In this document: positions 10,398-20,576 of the stretch, piece after piece
Numbering within the stretch: position 1 is the stretch's first letter
Layout of the letters: the number at the start of each line of letters is the position of its first letter
Source of the DNA: Candidatus Sulfomarinibacteraceae bacterium
GTDB taxonomy: Bacteria > Acidobacteriota > Thermoanaerobaculia > Thermoanaerobaculales > Sulfomarinibacteraceae
Assembly (NCBI GenBank): GCA_963796455.1
Contig: CAWCLO010000007.1
Coordinates: 192,001-256,000, forward strand
Reading direction: 5' to 3'
DNA: 64,000 nt
Notes under the pieces: generated by a model
What the model was told of the DNA's origin: nothing
Seen by the model: the letters and a program-made list of their open reading frames with translations, nothing else
The model's database searches: none
Program-made: the position numbers and the translations under genes

Positions 10398-11309
10398 ATG
10401 GGCGCCGATCTTTCAGTGGTTCTCGATGCCCGTTGTCCGGAAGCAGACGATCCCGCGGTGAACGATTTTCTCCACCTCGCTGGAATGCTCTGTGACGCAC
10501 AATGGGTCAAGCTCACCCTGACTCCGGTCGGGGTGGGTGGATGGCGAAGTTATGTTCGCGGCAACCAGACGGAAAAAACAGCGGTTCATACGCTCGACGC
10601 GGGTAACGAGTTCACGGCGTCAATCGAGACAGAATCCAAGAAACCGCCCTCGAGGGCGGCCGTTTCCGCCCTCGAAGCAAGTCTCCAACAAATTCTTCAA
10701 AATCAAAGACTTCGGATCGAGTCGGCTCTATTCCGAGGAGTGATCAATACCTCATCGAGCGCGGCCCTTGTCTTTGGCGGTGAAGGAGAAATCATTTTCG
10801 CCAATCCCCCGGCCGATCGGCTGTTGTCCTTGCAGACCGAGGACGAACTCATGGCCGAGACCAAGGGTGAGCCCACACAACCTCTTTTTACTCTGCTGTG
10901 TTGTCTCGTCGACCGGGTCCGCGATCCGTCGAACGAAGATACGGTCTGGAACGGAACCCTGTATCTGGCCGACGGGCGATTCATGAATTGTGAGGTTTCG
11001 AAGATCCACCTTCCCACCGACTTCGGCACAGGTGCGGTCCTGGTGATCGTTCGATCCGTGGGCTCAGGGTCGAAAGCCCGGGTCGAGAGTTTTGCAAACC
11101 GCCACGACCTGAGCCCGCGGCAACGTGAGGTCGTACAACTTTTGGTCGAGGGACTGACGACGGTTGCGATGGCCGACGCCCTCGGCATCAGCACCCACAC
11201 GGTCAGAGATCACCTGAAACACCTGTACCGTAAGACAGGGAGCAACTCGCGGGGCGAGCTGCTCGGTCTGGTTTCCCGCACGGCACCGGCGAAGGCGAGC
11301 GTCGGCTGA
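10398..11309 (+). CDS. LuxR-family HTH regulator with PAS-like region
   Basis: C-terminal LSPRQREVVQLLVEGLTT..MADALGISTHTVRDHLKHLYRK; IIFANPPADRLL is PAS-like. Confidence 0.85.
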   Translation: MGADLSVVLDARCPEADDPAVNDFLHLAGMLCDAQWVKLTLTPVGVGGWRSYVRGNQTEKTAVHTLDAGNEFTASIETESKKPPSRAAVSALEASLQQILQNQRLRIESALFRGVINTSSSAALVFGGEGEIIFANPPADRLLSLQTEDELMAETKGEPTQPLFTLLCCLVDRVRDPSNEDTVWNGTLYLADGRFMNCEVSKIHLPTDFGTGAVLVIVRSVGSGSKARVESFANRHDLSPRQREVVQLLVEGLTTVAMADALGISTHTVRDHLKHLYRKTGSNSRGELLGLVSRTAPAKASVG

Positions 11310-11432
11310 CGCCAGGTACCGACCAGATGAATTCTCAATCTATGGAACTCAAAAGTTTGAATCCGGATTTTGGAATCTCCCGATTGCCCCTTCGGTATAA
11401 TGGATGGAGATCGTTCGCTGGAGGTCATAACC

Positions 11433-12197
11433 ATGTCTAAATTTCGCATTTTCGGCCTGGTAGCTGTTGCGCTACTGGTCGTAGTCATGATGGCCAGCGC
11501 CGAGGGATACGTGGTGATCCTCAAAAGCGGGCACAAGATCCGCTGCAAAGAACCAATGAGAATCGAAGGCGACAGAGCGATTCTCACCATGAGCACCGGC
11601 ACCGTGACAAGCTATCCACTCCAGTACATCAACGTGGTTGAAACGGAGCGATACAACCAGCTGGGGCTCGGCGACGCGGTGATGATCGACGAACTCTCGG
11701 TCAACAGGGAGGCACTGCCGACACCAACACCACGAGCGGCACTCGGCTCGATCACGGAAATCGACGCCGGTCATGCCGGCCCAGCACCCCAGCTCTCGAA
11801 CACCACACCGCCAACCCCTACTCCAACACCGGGTATCGAACTGCAACAGGCGAAGTACCACGACGAACGGGTCGACGATGCCTTTTCCAAGATCTTCGAT
11901 GACAAAGAGCTCCTGATCTACAAGACCAGCCAGGGAACGAAACCGGAGTATTTCTTCGTGCAGACGACAACCGATTCGGAGAAAGAGGTCTTCAAAGCTC
12001 TCGAAATCGTCTCCCAGGCCTACGTGATGATTGAAGAACTTCACAAGGACATTTCCCCCGAGGCGGTGGAAATCAAGATGCTTCAGACCTCCGGCAAACC
12101 GGCCGGCACCTTCCGGCTGACGCCGGACCTCGCTCGCGAACTGGTGACGGGTGACACGCCGACCCAGAGCTTCTACATCAAGAACGTGATCTTCTGA
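11433..12197 (+). CDS. Secreted hypothetical protein with Pro/Thr linker
   Basis: GGAGG SD, signal peptide MSKFRIFGLVAVALLVVVMMASA, and PTPTP linkers. Confidence 0.75.
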   Translation: MSKFRIFGLVAVALLVVVMMASAEGYVVILKSGHKIRCKEPMRIEGDRAILTMSTGTVTSYPLQYINVVETERYNQLGLGDAVMIDELSVNREALPTPTPRAALGSITEIDAGHAGPAPQLSNTTPPTPTPTPGIELQQAKYHDERVDDAFSKIFDDKELLIYKTSQGTKPEYFFVQTTTDSEKEVFKALEIVSQAYVMIEELHKDISPEAVEIKMLQTSGKPAGTFRLTPDLARELVTGDTPTQSFYIKNVIF

Positions 12198-12309
12198 GAT
12201 TTCGCGCGGTTTTGGTCTCGCATCGTGGATATTCGACAACCCCGAATCTCAGGGGATCGACCGCACAACGAGGATGGAGAATTGCCGCTGCACCAGATCG
12301 TATTGAATC

Positions 12310-13641
12310 ATGGTTGATGTCGCCATCGTCGGCGCAGGCCTCACGGGTCTGACCACTGCGCTTCGGCTGACCGGGGCCGGATACAGCGTCAGAGTCTTCG
12401 AGCGTTATCCACGCCCCGGAGGACTCGCCCGGGTTCTCGAAATCGGCGGCGAAGAGATCGAGGCCTTCTACCACCATCTCTTCACCAGCGACACAGCCTA
12501 TATCGACCTGGCCAAGGAACTCGGGGTTGATCACCTGATTGAATGGCTGCCGTCGAAGATGGGCATCTGGACCGAGAATCGTTTGTGGGACTTCGGTACC
12601 CCGATCTCTTTGCTGCGCTTCAGGCCTCTCCGATTGTTTGACAAATTCCGCTTCGCTCTCTCGACCCTTCTTCTGCAGCGGACAAAAGACTATTCGCCCT
12701 TCGAAGACATCACTGCCAAGGATTGGATTCGAAAACATCAGGGCGAGCGGGTCTGGCGGTCGGTGTGGGGCCCTCTGCTCGACCAGAAGTTTGCGGAGGA
12801 CGCCGACAAGGTTGCCATGGTCTGGCTATGGGGCAAACTCTGCCTGCGCGGGACATCACGCTCCGAGTCCGGGTTGGGCGAACGCCTGGGCTACATGCGG
12901 GGGTCCTTCGCCGCCTTTGTCCGGGCCCTCGAAGGGCGGCTCGCCGAGCGTGGTGTCACCCTCCACCTGAGCGACGCGGTGAAGAAGATCGAAAAAGACG
13001 GCGACGGCTTTCGGCTCAGTTCGCGTGACGGCTCGTGGACGGCGAAACGGGTGGTCGTGGCGGCATCGGTGCCCGACTTTCTCGAAACTGCGGGGGATCT
13101 GCTGACCGATTCAGAACGGGGCAACCTCTCGCAGCTCCGGGCTACCGGCGCCATTTGCACGATCCTCGAGCTCGAACACTCGCTGACACCCTATTACTGG
13201 CTCAACATCGCAGATTCCGAGATGCCATTCGGTGGTCTCATCGAACACACCAACTACATACCTCGCGACAGATATGACGGCCGCCATATCGTGTATGTGT
13301 CCAACTATCTGTTCCCGGACCACCCGCTCTACCGGGCTCCGAAAAAACAGGTGATCGAGACCTACCTGCCGGCGTTGACTCGCATCAACCCCTCCTTCGA
13401 GCGGTCCTGGATCAAGGCCTCCCACCATTTCCGGGCCGACTACGCTCAACCGGTCGTAACGGTCGGTTACAGCGGCAAGATCCCATCGTTCAGATCGTCG
13501 GTCCCTGGTCTCTACCAATGTTCGATGGCGCAGATTTTTCCCGAGGACCGCGGCCAGAATTATGCCGTCGCCTACGCCGAAAAGGTCGCCCGAGTGGTGA
13601 TCGAGGATCTTCGTGCAGCAGGGTCTGGCAAGGACACCTGA
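12310..13641 (+). CDS. NAD(P)/FAD-dependent oxidoreductase (protoporphyrinogen oxidase/amine oxidase-like)
   Basis: VAIVGAGLTGL...VFE...PGGL, FYHHLF and C-terminal PEDRGQN. Confidence 0.85.
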   Translation: MVDVAIVGAGLTGLTTALRLTGAGYSVRVFERYPRPGGLARVLEIGGEEIEAFYHHLFTSDTAYIDLAKELGVDHLIEWLPSKMGIWTENRLWDFGTPISLLRFRPLRLFDKFRFALSTLLLQRTKDYSPFEDITAKDWIRKHQGERVWRSVWGPLLDQKFAEDADKVAMVWLWGKLCLRGTSRSESGLGERLGYMRGSFAAFVRALEGRLAERGVTLHLSDAVKKIEKDGDGFRLSSRDGSWTAKRVVVAASVPDFLETAGDLLTDSERGNLSQLRATGAICTILELEHSLTPYYWLNIADSEMPFGGLIEHTNYIPRDRYDGRHIVYVSNYLFPDHPLYRAPKKQVIETYLPALTRINPSFERSWIKASHHFRADYAQPVVTVGYSGKIPSFRSSVPGLYQCSMAQIFPEDRGQNYAVAYAEKVARVVIEDLRAAGSGKDT

Positions 13642-13769
13642 CCGGCGTCGTGCAACCAGCGAGCCGCTTCGAATGACGGGGCTCGCCAATGGTGTAGTAT
13701 TGAGCCGCCCGCTTGAGCGGCCGGGCAAGAACGGCCGAGGGCAGAGCACGAGCATGGAGGCACGACTCG

Positions 13770-14096
13770 ATGGCAGCTAATGCAGTGGAAATCACAGACG
13801 CGAATTTTGATGAAATGGTCCTCAACGCCGGCAAACCGGTCCTGGTGGATTTCTGGGCGGTGTGGTGCGGCCCGTGCCGCGTCATCGGTCCGATAGTTGA
13901 AGAGATCGCCGAGGAATACGGCGACAAAGTGATTGTCGGCAAGCTCGATGTCGATTCGAATCGGGAAACCGCCGTCAAATTCGGTATTCAGGCGATTCCA
14001 ACCGTTCTACTCGTCAACAACGGTGAAGTCGCCGATCGGATCGTCGGCGTCACCGACAAGGCCAGTCTGGCGGCGAAGCTGGATAGCTTGCTGTAG
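13770..14096 (+). CDS. trxA: Thioredoxin
   Basis: VLVDFWAVWCGPC; GGAGG SD upstream. Confidence 0.97.
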   Translation: MAANAVEITDANFDEMVLNAGKPVLVDFWAVWCGPCRVIGPIVEEIAEEYGDKVIVGKLDVDSNRETAVKFGIQAIPTVLLVNNGEVADRIVGVTDKASLAAKLDSLL

Positions 14097-14196
14097 CACG
14101 TGTGACGCGGTCACGAGCAATTGATTGGGAATCTCTGCCCGCGGCGATGCTGCGGGCCGTGGTGATGTCGCGTGGCTGCCTCCGCCTGGGGATGAG

Positions 14197-15051
14197 ATGA
14201 TTCGCACTGTCGGTATTGTCGGCGCCGGTCAAATGGGAGCCGGAATCGCCCTCGTGGCGGCTCGGTCCGGCTGTGAAGTCGTGCTCACGGACATCGACGA
14301 ATCGATATTGGGAAACGGGCTCGAAACCATCGCCAACCATCTCGACAGGCAGATCAGCAAGGGCCTGATCGATTCCGCGGACAAGACGCAGACCCTCGAA
14401 AGAATTTCCACCAGCGCTCATGTCGATCGCCACAGCGGCGCCGATCTGGTCATCGAGTCGGCAGTGGAATCCCTCGACATCAAAGCGGAGATTTTTCGCC
14501 AGCTCGATCGTCTGTGCCCGGCGCAGGCCATTCTTGCCTCCAACACCTCTTCGATTTCGATCACCCGGCTTGCGGCGGTCACCGGTCGTCCCGGTCAGGT
14601 CATCGGGATGCATTTCATGAATCCGGTACAGGTCATGCGCCTGGTGGAGGTTGTCAGAGGCCTCGAGACCTCTGATCAGACGGTGGCGACGATTCGCGAC
14701 CTCGCCGAACGAATGGGAAAGGTCCCCGTCGAATGCAACGACCAGCCCGGTTTCATCTCCAACCGGTTGCTGATGCCGATGATCAACGAGGCCGTTTTCG
14801 CCGTCGCCGAACAGATAGCTACCGCAGAAGCCATCGACCAGATCATGACCCTTGGCATGAACCATCCCATGGGACCGCTGCGAACCGCCGATCTCCTTGG
14901 CCTCGATAACTGTCTGAGTGTGATGCGCATCCTCCATCAAGAGCTCGGAGAGGACAAATTCCGTCCCTGCCCGCTGTTGGTCAAGATGGTCGACGCCGGG
15001 CGGCTCGGACAAAAGTCAGGGCGGGGTTTCTTCATCTACGGCGAGGACTGA
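14197..15051 (+). CDS. hbd: 3-hydroxybutyryl-CoA dehydrogenase
   Basis: VGAGQMGAGIA, ASNTSSISIT, GMHFMNP, PGFISNR and HPMGPL motifs. Confidence 0.9.
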   Translation: MIRTVGIVGAGQMGAGIALVAARSGCEVVLTDIDESILGNGLETIANHLDRQISKGLIDSADKTQTLERISTSAHVDRHSGADLVIESAVESLDIKAEIFRQLDRLCPAQAILASNTSSISITRLAAVTGRPGQVIGMHFMNPVQVMRLVEVVRGLETSDQTVATIRDLAERMGKVPVECNDQPGFISNRLLMPMINEAVFAVAEQIATAEAIDQIMTLGMNHPMGPLRTADLLGLDNCLSVMRILHQELGEDKFRPCPLLVKMVDAGRLGQKSGRGFFIYGED

Positions 15052-15053
15052 CG

Positions 15054-16919
15054 ATGCTGTGTCAGTACTGCGGCACGGCCAATCGCAACGAACATGAGTT
15101 CTGCCACCGCTGCGGAAACAAGCTGCTGGTGGTTTCCGGAAGCAGCGAAGTCCAGACTGAGATCTCGGATGAGTTTTTCATCGAAGCTCAGGAGCAACTC
15201 GAAGAACACATCCTGGAAAGAATCACCGGGCTGGAGGAAGGCGTGCGCAGACTGTCGCAGGCTGTGGCGTCAACCGGCCAGCATCTCGCCCAGGTCGAAC
15301 ACAACCTCACCGTGGCGTTCGCGGGAGTGCAATCGCTGGGCGGTCTTTTGGAGACTCAGGGCATCGTGACCCGGACCGAGGTGGTCGACGGTTGGGAGCG
15401 CCTCGCCGATCAGGAACTCATGTCCCGGGACCTGTCTCGACGATTCCGCGCCTATGGAACCCGGATCCTTTCCCAGGCAAACCACACCGGAAAGGCGAGC
15501 GATGAGTTTCGACGCAAGCTCCGGGCGCTCGAATTCGCCCTTCTGGGACCGGATACCGAGGCGGTACGTGGGCTCCTCACCGATTTGGTGAGGATGGCGC
15601 CCGAAAGCGACGAACTCTGGTCCTTCATCGGCGAAATTGCATTCCAAACGGGAGAGCTTGAAACGGCACGCATCGCCTTTCGCAAAGTGCTCGAGCTGCG
15701 CGGGCCTCATTTCGAGACGCTGGTTTATCTCGGCGCCACAACCTCCGATCTCGGGCTCTGGCCTGAAGCCGAGGAGGCCCTGATCGAGGCGCGGGAAATG
15801 GCGCCGGAGGCTTTTCTCCCCCACTTCACCCTTGGCGCCCTCAAGGTTCTGTCCGGCGATCACGCCTCCGCCACCAAACACCTCGAACAGAGTCTCACCA
15901 TAGAGAACGCCTCCCAGAGCTGGTATCTCCTCGGAATCTGCCGGCTCGAGTCGGGAAACCACGGACGCGCCATCGACGCCCTACGGCACGCCGTCGAGAT
16001 CGAACCCGGGTTCGAAGACGCCCTCTACCACCTGGGGATCGCCTATCTCCGTCGTGGTTGGACACGCAAGGCTCTCGAGGCCTTTCAACAGGTCCTCAAA
16101 CTCGATCCGCAACGTCTGCAATACCAGGAGTCGGTGAGGCTTTTGAGTTCATCACCGCCACTGGATCTTCCGCCGCAAACAGCACAGAAGGTGGAAAAGG
16201 CTGAATCAGCGCTCGAGGCCGGCCGGCCGGAGAAGGCGCTGGAATTGTACTCGGATGCGCTCGGGACGGCCCCGGATCAAACGGAACTGCAAGCAACCGC
16301 GGCCCTCCTCGCCTCGGCCCTCGGTCGAACCCGTCAGGCCATCGCTTATTCCCACGCGATTCTGGCCCAGCGCCCCGACGGCGCACCCTATCTGGCCGCC
16401 GCTGTCGTCGCGCTGTTGGAGTCCCTGCGCCACGCAGGCAGGTTGCGCGCCGCCCGTCGATTCGCTACGAAGTTCTACCACGAGGAAGATATCGACCCGT
16501 TGGTTCGCAGCATGGCAGCCTATGAGCTTTCTGTGATCGAATCCGAGCTCGGCGGCGATCTCGAAATTGCCCGCAATCTGGCCCGAGAAGCGCTCGAGAT
16601 CACTCCCAGGGAGCTTCGCCACTATCCGCTTGCCGCTCTTGGAAGCATCGCGCTCAAGGCGGGCCGTTTCCGCGAAGCGGTTCAGTATCTCGAGCAGGCA
16701 TCAACCGAGGGTTCGGAACCTCCATTGATGCGCCAACTGGCTCTCGCCAAGCTTGGCGACGGCGACGCGGAGGGCGCCGAGGAAGCTCTCCGCGAAGCCG
16801 AAAACAATCTCAAGGGCGGCATCGATCACGAATTGCTCGACCACGTTCGCCGGCTCGCCGGACTGGTCGACGATCTCACCAGAAACCACCGCCCTCAGCG
16901 GTCCGGCGCGGGCCGGTAA
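15054..16919 (+). CDS. Zinc-ribbon plus tetratricopeptide repeat protein
   Basis: N-terminal CQYCG...FCHRCG followed by multiple TPR-like helical repeats. Confidence 0.85.
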   Translation: MLCQYCGTANRNEHEFCHRCGNKLLVVSGSSEVQTEISDEFFIEAQEQLEEHILERITGLEEGVRRLSQAVASTGQHLAQVEHNLTVAFAGVQSLGGLLETQGIVTRTEVVDGWERLADQELMSRDLSRRFRAYGTRILSQANHTGKASDEFRRKLRALEFALLGPDTEAVRGLLTDLVRMAPESDELWSFIGEIAFQTGELETARIAFRKVLELRGPHFETLVYLGATTSDLGLWPEAEEALIEAREMAPEAFLPHFTLGALKVLSGDHASATKHLEQSLTIENASQSWYLLGICRLESGNHGRAIDALRHAVEIEPGFEDALYHLGIAYLRRGWTRKALEAFQQVLKLDPQRLQYQESVRLLSSSPPLDLPPQTAQKVEKAESALEAGRPEKALELYSDALGTAPDQTELQATAALLASALGRTRQAIAYSHAILAQRPDGAPYLAAAVVALLESLRHAGRLRAARRFATKFYHEEDIDPLVRSMAAYELSVIESELGGDLEIARNLAREALEITPRELRHYPLAALGSIALKAGRFREAVQYLEQASTEGSEPPLMRQLALAKLGDGDAEGAEEALREAENNLKGGIDHELLDHVRRLAGLVDDLTRNHRPQRSGAGR

Positions 16920-16933
16920 ATATGGAGTAAGAC

Positions 16934-18655
16934 ATGCGCTGGAGTCAGAATTTCATCCACACACTTCGCCAGGACCCGTCCGATGCCGAGGTTGTCTCGC
17001 ACCGGTTGATGACCCGTGCCGGAATGATCTCCAAGGTGGCAGCCGGCATCTACAACTATCTCCCCCTCGGGTGGCGATCGCTGCGCAAGCTTGAAGCCAT
17101 CATTCGAGACGAAATGGAGGGGGCGGGTTCGGCCGAGCTCGTGATGCCGGCTATTCAACCGGCGGAACTGTGGCAGGAATCCGGCCGTTGGTACCAGTAC
17201 GGGCCCGAACTCCTGCGGATGAACGATCGGCATGAACGCGAGTTCTGTTTCGGCCCGACCCACGAAGAGGTGATCACCGACCTCATCCGGCGGACAATCA
17301 CATCCTACCGTCAACTCCCGGTCAACCTCTACCAGATTCAGACCAAGTTTCGGGATGAGATTCGACCGCGCTTCGGACTCATGAGAGGCCGCGAATTCAT
17401 CATGAAAGACGCCTACACCTTCCACGCCGACGCCGAGGACCTCGACCTCGCCTATCGCGCGATGGAGGCCGCCTACCGCGGAGTCTTCGAGCGTTGCGGG
17501 CTCGGCTACACCCAGGTGGAGGCAGACACCGGCAACATCGGCGGTTCCGAGAGCCACGAGTTCATGGTTCTGGCCGACACCGGCGAAGACGCCATCCTCG
17601 CCTGTACGAATTGTGACTATGGCGCCAACGTCGAGAAAGCGGAGGCGGGACCCGTCGCAGCAGCTCCCGATTGGCCCCGCGAGCGCAGCGACAAACCGGA
17701 GGAAATCCATACGCCGGAAATGCGAAGCGTCGAAGAGGTGGCCGAATTTCTCGGTATCTCACCCGCTCATCTGATCAAGACCCTGATCTTCGAGACCGAC
17801 GAAGGATACGTGGCGGTCCTCATTCGAGGTGATCTCGGGGTCAACGAGGTCAAACTCAAGAACGAGCTCGGGTGCACCCACCTCCAGCTCGCCAGCGAGG
17901 CCAAGATCGAGGAGATCACCGGCGGACCGCAGGGCTTTTCGGGGCCCGTCGGCCTCGACGGTGTCCGTCTCGTTGCCGATCCCACCGTCATGGATCTCGA
18001 ACTCGCCGCCACCGGAGCCAACAAAGGGGACACCCACCTCGTGAGCGTTGTTCCGGGCCGCGACTTCCAAACAGAGACGATCGTCGATCTGCGCCTCGCC
18101 CAGGCCGGCGATGCCTGTCCCTCATGCGGCACCGCAATGGTTGAAAAGCGCGGCATCGAAGTGGGCCACATCTTCAAGCTCGGCATCAAATACTCCAAGG
18201 CGATGGACTGCCGGTTTCAGGACGCCGAGGGTGAAGAACTCCCCATGATCATGGGTTGCTACGGACTCGGCGTCAGCCGAACCCTGGCAGCCGCAGTGGA
18301 GCAGAACCACGATGACAACGGCATTATCTGGCCGCTGCCGCTGGCCCCCTACGAGGTCGCTCTCGTGGTCTTGAATGCCGACAAACCCGACATCGTCGAG
18401 GCAGCTGCCGGGCTTTACGATCAGCTTCGTGAGGCCGGAATCGACGTGCTTTTCGACGATCGTCCCGAACGTCCCGGGGTCAAGTTCAAAGACATGGATC
18501 TGATCGGCTTTCCGGTACGCGCCGTGCTCGGGAAAAGGGGTCTGGACAACGGCGAGATCGAGCTCAGTCTGCGCCGCGATGGGGAAAAGCGATTGACGCC
18601 CATCGCCGACCTCGTCCCGGCGGTCCAGGCGATGCTCGAGGAGCTACGGCGATAG
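16934..18655 (+). CDS. proS: Proline--tRNA ligase (with editing insertion)
   Basis: GPTHEE, FRDEIRPRFGLMRGREF, GIEVGHIFKLG and MGCYGLG motifs. Confidence 0.98.
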   Translation: MRWSQNFIHTLRQDPSDAEVVSHRLMTRAGMISKVAAGIYNYLPLGWRSLRKLEAIIRDEMEGAGSAELVMPAIQPAELWQESGRWYQYGPELLRMNDRHEREFCFGPTHEEVITDLIRRTITSYRQLPVNLYQIQTKFRDEIRPRFGLMRGREFIMKDAYTFHADAEDLDLAYRAMEAAYRGVFERCGLGYTQVEADTGNIGGSESHEFMVLADTGEDAILACTNCDYGANVEKAEAGPVAAAPDWPRERSDKPEEIHTPEMRSVEEVAEFLGISPAHLIKTLIFETDEGYVAVLIRGDLGVNEVKLKNELGCTHLQLASEAKIEEITGGPQGFSGPVGLDGVRLVADPTVMDLELAATGANKGDTHLVSVVPGRDFQTETIVDLRLAQAGDACPSCGTAMVEKRGIEVGHIFKLGIKYSKAMDCRFQDAEGEELPMIMGCYGLGVSRTLAAAVEQNHDDNGIIWPLPLAPYEVALVVLNADKPDIVEAAAGLYDQLREAGIDVLFDDRPERPGVKFKDMDLIGFPVRAVLGKRGLDNGEIELSLRRDGEKRLTPIADLVPAVQAMLEELRR

Positions 18656-18659
18656 ATAT

Positions 18660-18955
18660 CAGTTTTGAGGTTTGAGTTCTGAGTTTTGAGTTGGCACTCT
18701 GGCATCAATATGGCGACGGGTGCGGGTGAGGTGCTCGGTAACGACCCTTGGCTGAGAAACCGCAGATCACGCAGATGAACGCAGAGAGGAGAGACGTCTG
18801 ACCCGGCTGATCAACGCGACCCTGCATCCAGCTTTCGTTGATACGGTCGGGACATGTCCGGCCCGTTCCGAGGACCTCGTTGTTCGCTCGAAATCTGCGA
18901 TTGTTGTAAGAGGCTGAACTCAAAACTCAAAACTCAGAACTCAAAACTCAAAACT
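18660..18955. repeat. Inverted pair of heptamer arrays (TTTTGAG)n / (CTCAAAA)n between convergent genes
   Basis: 18660-18692 agttttgaggtttgagttctgagttttgagtt is complementary to 18916-18955 aactcaaaactcaaaactcagaactcaaaactcaaaact. Confidence 0.9.
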
Positions 18956-20049
18956 GTTTCAGCGACCGGGATCAATGTGCCCTTTGCTTGCACAAGGACC
19001 TTCAGATCCGAACCCATGCCCTCGGGGTCGAGGAGGCGCTTGACCTCCTGTCGAGCAACGACGGTATCGGCGTTCATTTCGGCTTCCATGCCGAAACCGC
19101 GTTCTTCGAGTTCGACCGCGATGCCCGCGCGCACCAGGAACTCCGCCAACGGCCACAAACCGATTTCCTGCCAACCCTCGGATACGGCTGCGCTTCGCAG
19201 ATCGCCCCAGTTGACGTGCGCGGTCAGATCCACCTTGCCCGGCGAAACCAGAGGGTCGCGACCAACTTGATGGTCGCTGAAGGTCGATATCGAACCAAAG
19301 CGCCGGCCGCGCGGATCATAGAGCCTCGCCGCCTCGTATCCGTAATCGAGCACGAATGAAACTGCATCGGAGGCTGCAGAGCGAAGCACATGGCGGTGGG
19401 TCCCGGCTGCCGCGAGATTCGCTTCGGCGAACTGGCCCTCGGTCAGTTCCACGCCGTGGCCCGCGAAATAGTCCGCGACCGGGGCTCGAGCCGACCGCTC
19501 TTCCCAAGCCAGTTCTGCACCGCTCGCAGCGACCCACAACTCGCGCAAACCGGCTGCTCTGGCGACGACTCGAACCACGGGCAACGCGTCGTAGAGTTCG
19601 GAGGCATGCAGCACCGTCGGATTGCCGCCCAGAACTCCCGGTTCCAGCTCTTCAACCGTGGTCACGGGAATTGCCGTGTCAGCGAATCGCTCGTGAGTGA
19701 CCGCTCTCATCGCATCGGACCGCTCGACCAGCACAACCTCCTCGATCAATTCTCGGGCCCGGGTTCCCAGTGCATCCAGGACTCCGGCAAGGAACGATCC
19801 GTCACCCGCGGCCAGATCAACCAGCTCCACCCCACCCGCGGAGGACGCGATCGCCGCGATCACCCTGCTGAAAACCCGCGGATACCACTCCGACGCAGTG
19901 GGGGCGGTCAAAAAATCACCGGCCCGGCCATAACGCGCTGTGCCACCCGAGTAATAACCGTGAACCGGGTGATAGAGGGCGAGTTCCATGAACTCGTCAA
20001 ATGGAATGGCTCCCCCACGCGCCTCGATTTCGGAGTGAATCCATTTCAT
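18934..20049 (-). CDS. SAM-dependent methyltransferase, MidA/NDUFAF7 family
   Basis: IPFDEFMELALYHP..GYY, GDFLTAP, ELYDALP, DYGY and DLTAHVNW motifs. Confidence 0.92.
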   Translation of the reverse strand: MKWIHSEIEARGGAIPFDEFMELALYHPVHGYYSGGTARYGRAGDFLTAPTASEWYPRVFSRVIAAIASSAGGVELVDLAAGDGSFLAGVLDALGTRARELIEEVVLVERSDAMRAVTHERFADTAIPVTTVEELEPGVLGGNPTVLHASELYDALPVVRVVARAAGLRELWVAASGAELAWEERSARAPVADYFAGHGVELTEGQFAEANLAAAGTHRHVLRSAASDAVSFVLDYGYEAARLYDPRGRRFGSISTFSDHQVGRDPLVSPGKVDLTAHVNWGDLRSAAVSEGWQEIGLWPLAEFLVRAGIAVELEERGFGMEAEMNADTVVARQEVKRLLDPEGMGSDLKVLVQAKGTLIPVAETVLSFEF

Positions 20050-20112
20050 TGGAGCATTCTAGTCGCTCGAGGCTCGATGCTCGATGCTCGATGCTGGATC
20101 CAGGATTCAGGA

Positions 20113-20562
20113 TCACTCTTGTCCAAGACAGAGTCTCGGATAGCGAACAGGGACAGCGACAGAGATCAGGAGTCAGCGGCAGCAATCAGTCATCAGCGTC
20201 AGTGATCAGCGGCCGGGACAGCGAACAGCATTCACTTCTTCGGGCTCCGGCCTTTGTGGTGCGGCCGTCTCGGCCGCACGGTGTGCAGGCGAGACGCCTA
20301 CACCACAACCGCTGTTCCTTCTGTAAAACCACCCGGAGGAGGCCACTTCGTCGCTTGGACTCCTGATCGCTGCTGCTGAACACTGATCGCTGAACCCGGT
20401 CGCTGCTCCCTGTCCCTGCCGCTGGACACTGTCGCTGCCGCTGCAATTCGGGATCGGGATCGGGTACGTGCCAACCGCGAACCGGAAATGCCAAAAACCA
20501 ACCCGTAAACCACGTGTTGTCAGGTGGGTAACATCATGACAATCTGTTTTGGACAGCAGTGA
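20113..20562 (-). mobile_element. E1: short non-coding TIR element (MITE-like), flanking repeat TTCAGGA
   Basis: Ends TCACTCTTGTCCAAGACAGA and TCTGTTTTGGACAGCAGTGA. TTCAGGA at 20106-20112 and 20563-20569. Near-identical inverted copy of E8. Confidence 0.88.
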
Positions 20563-20576
20563 TTCAGGATGCAGGA

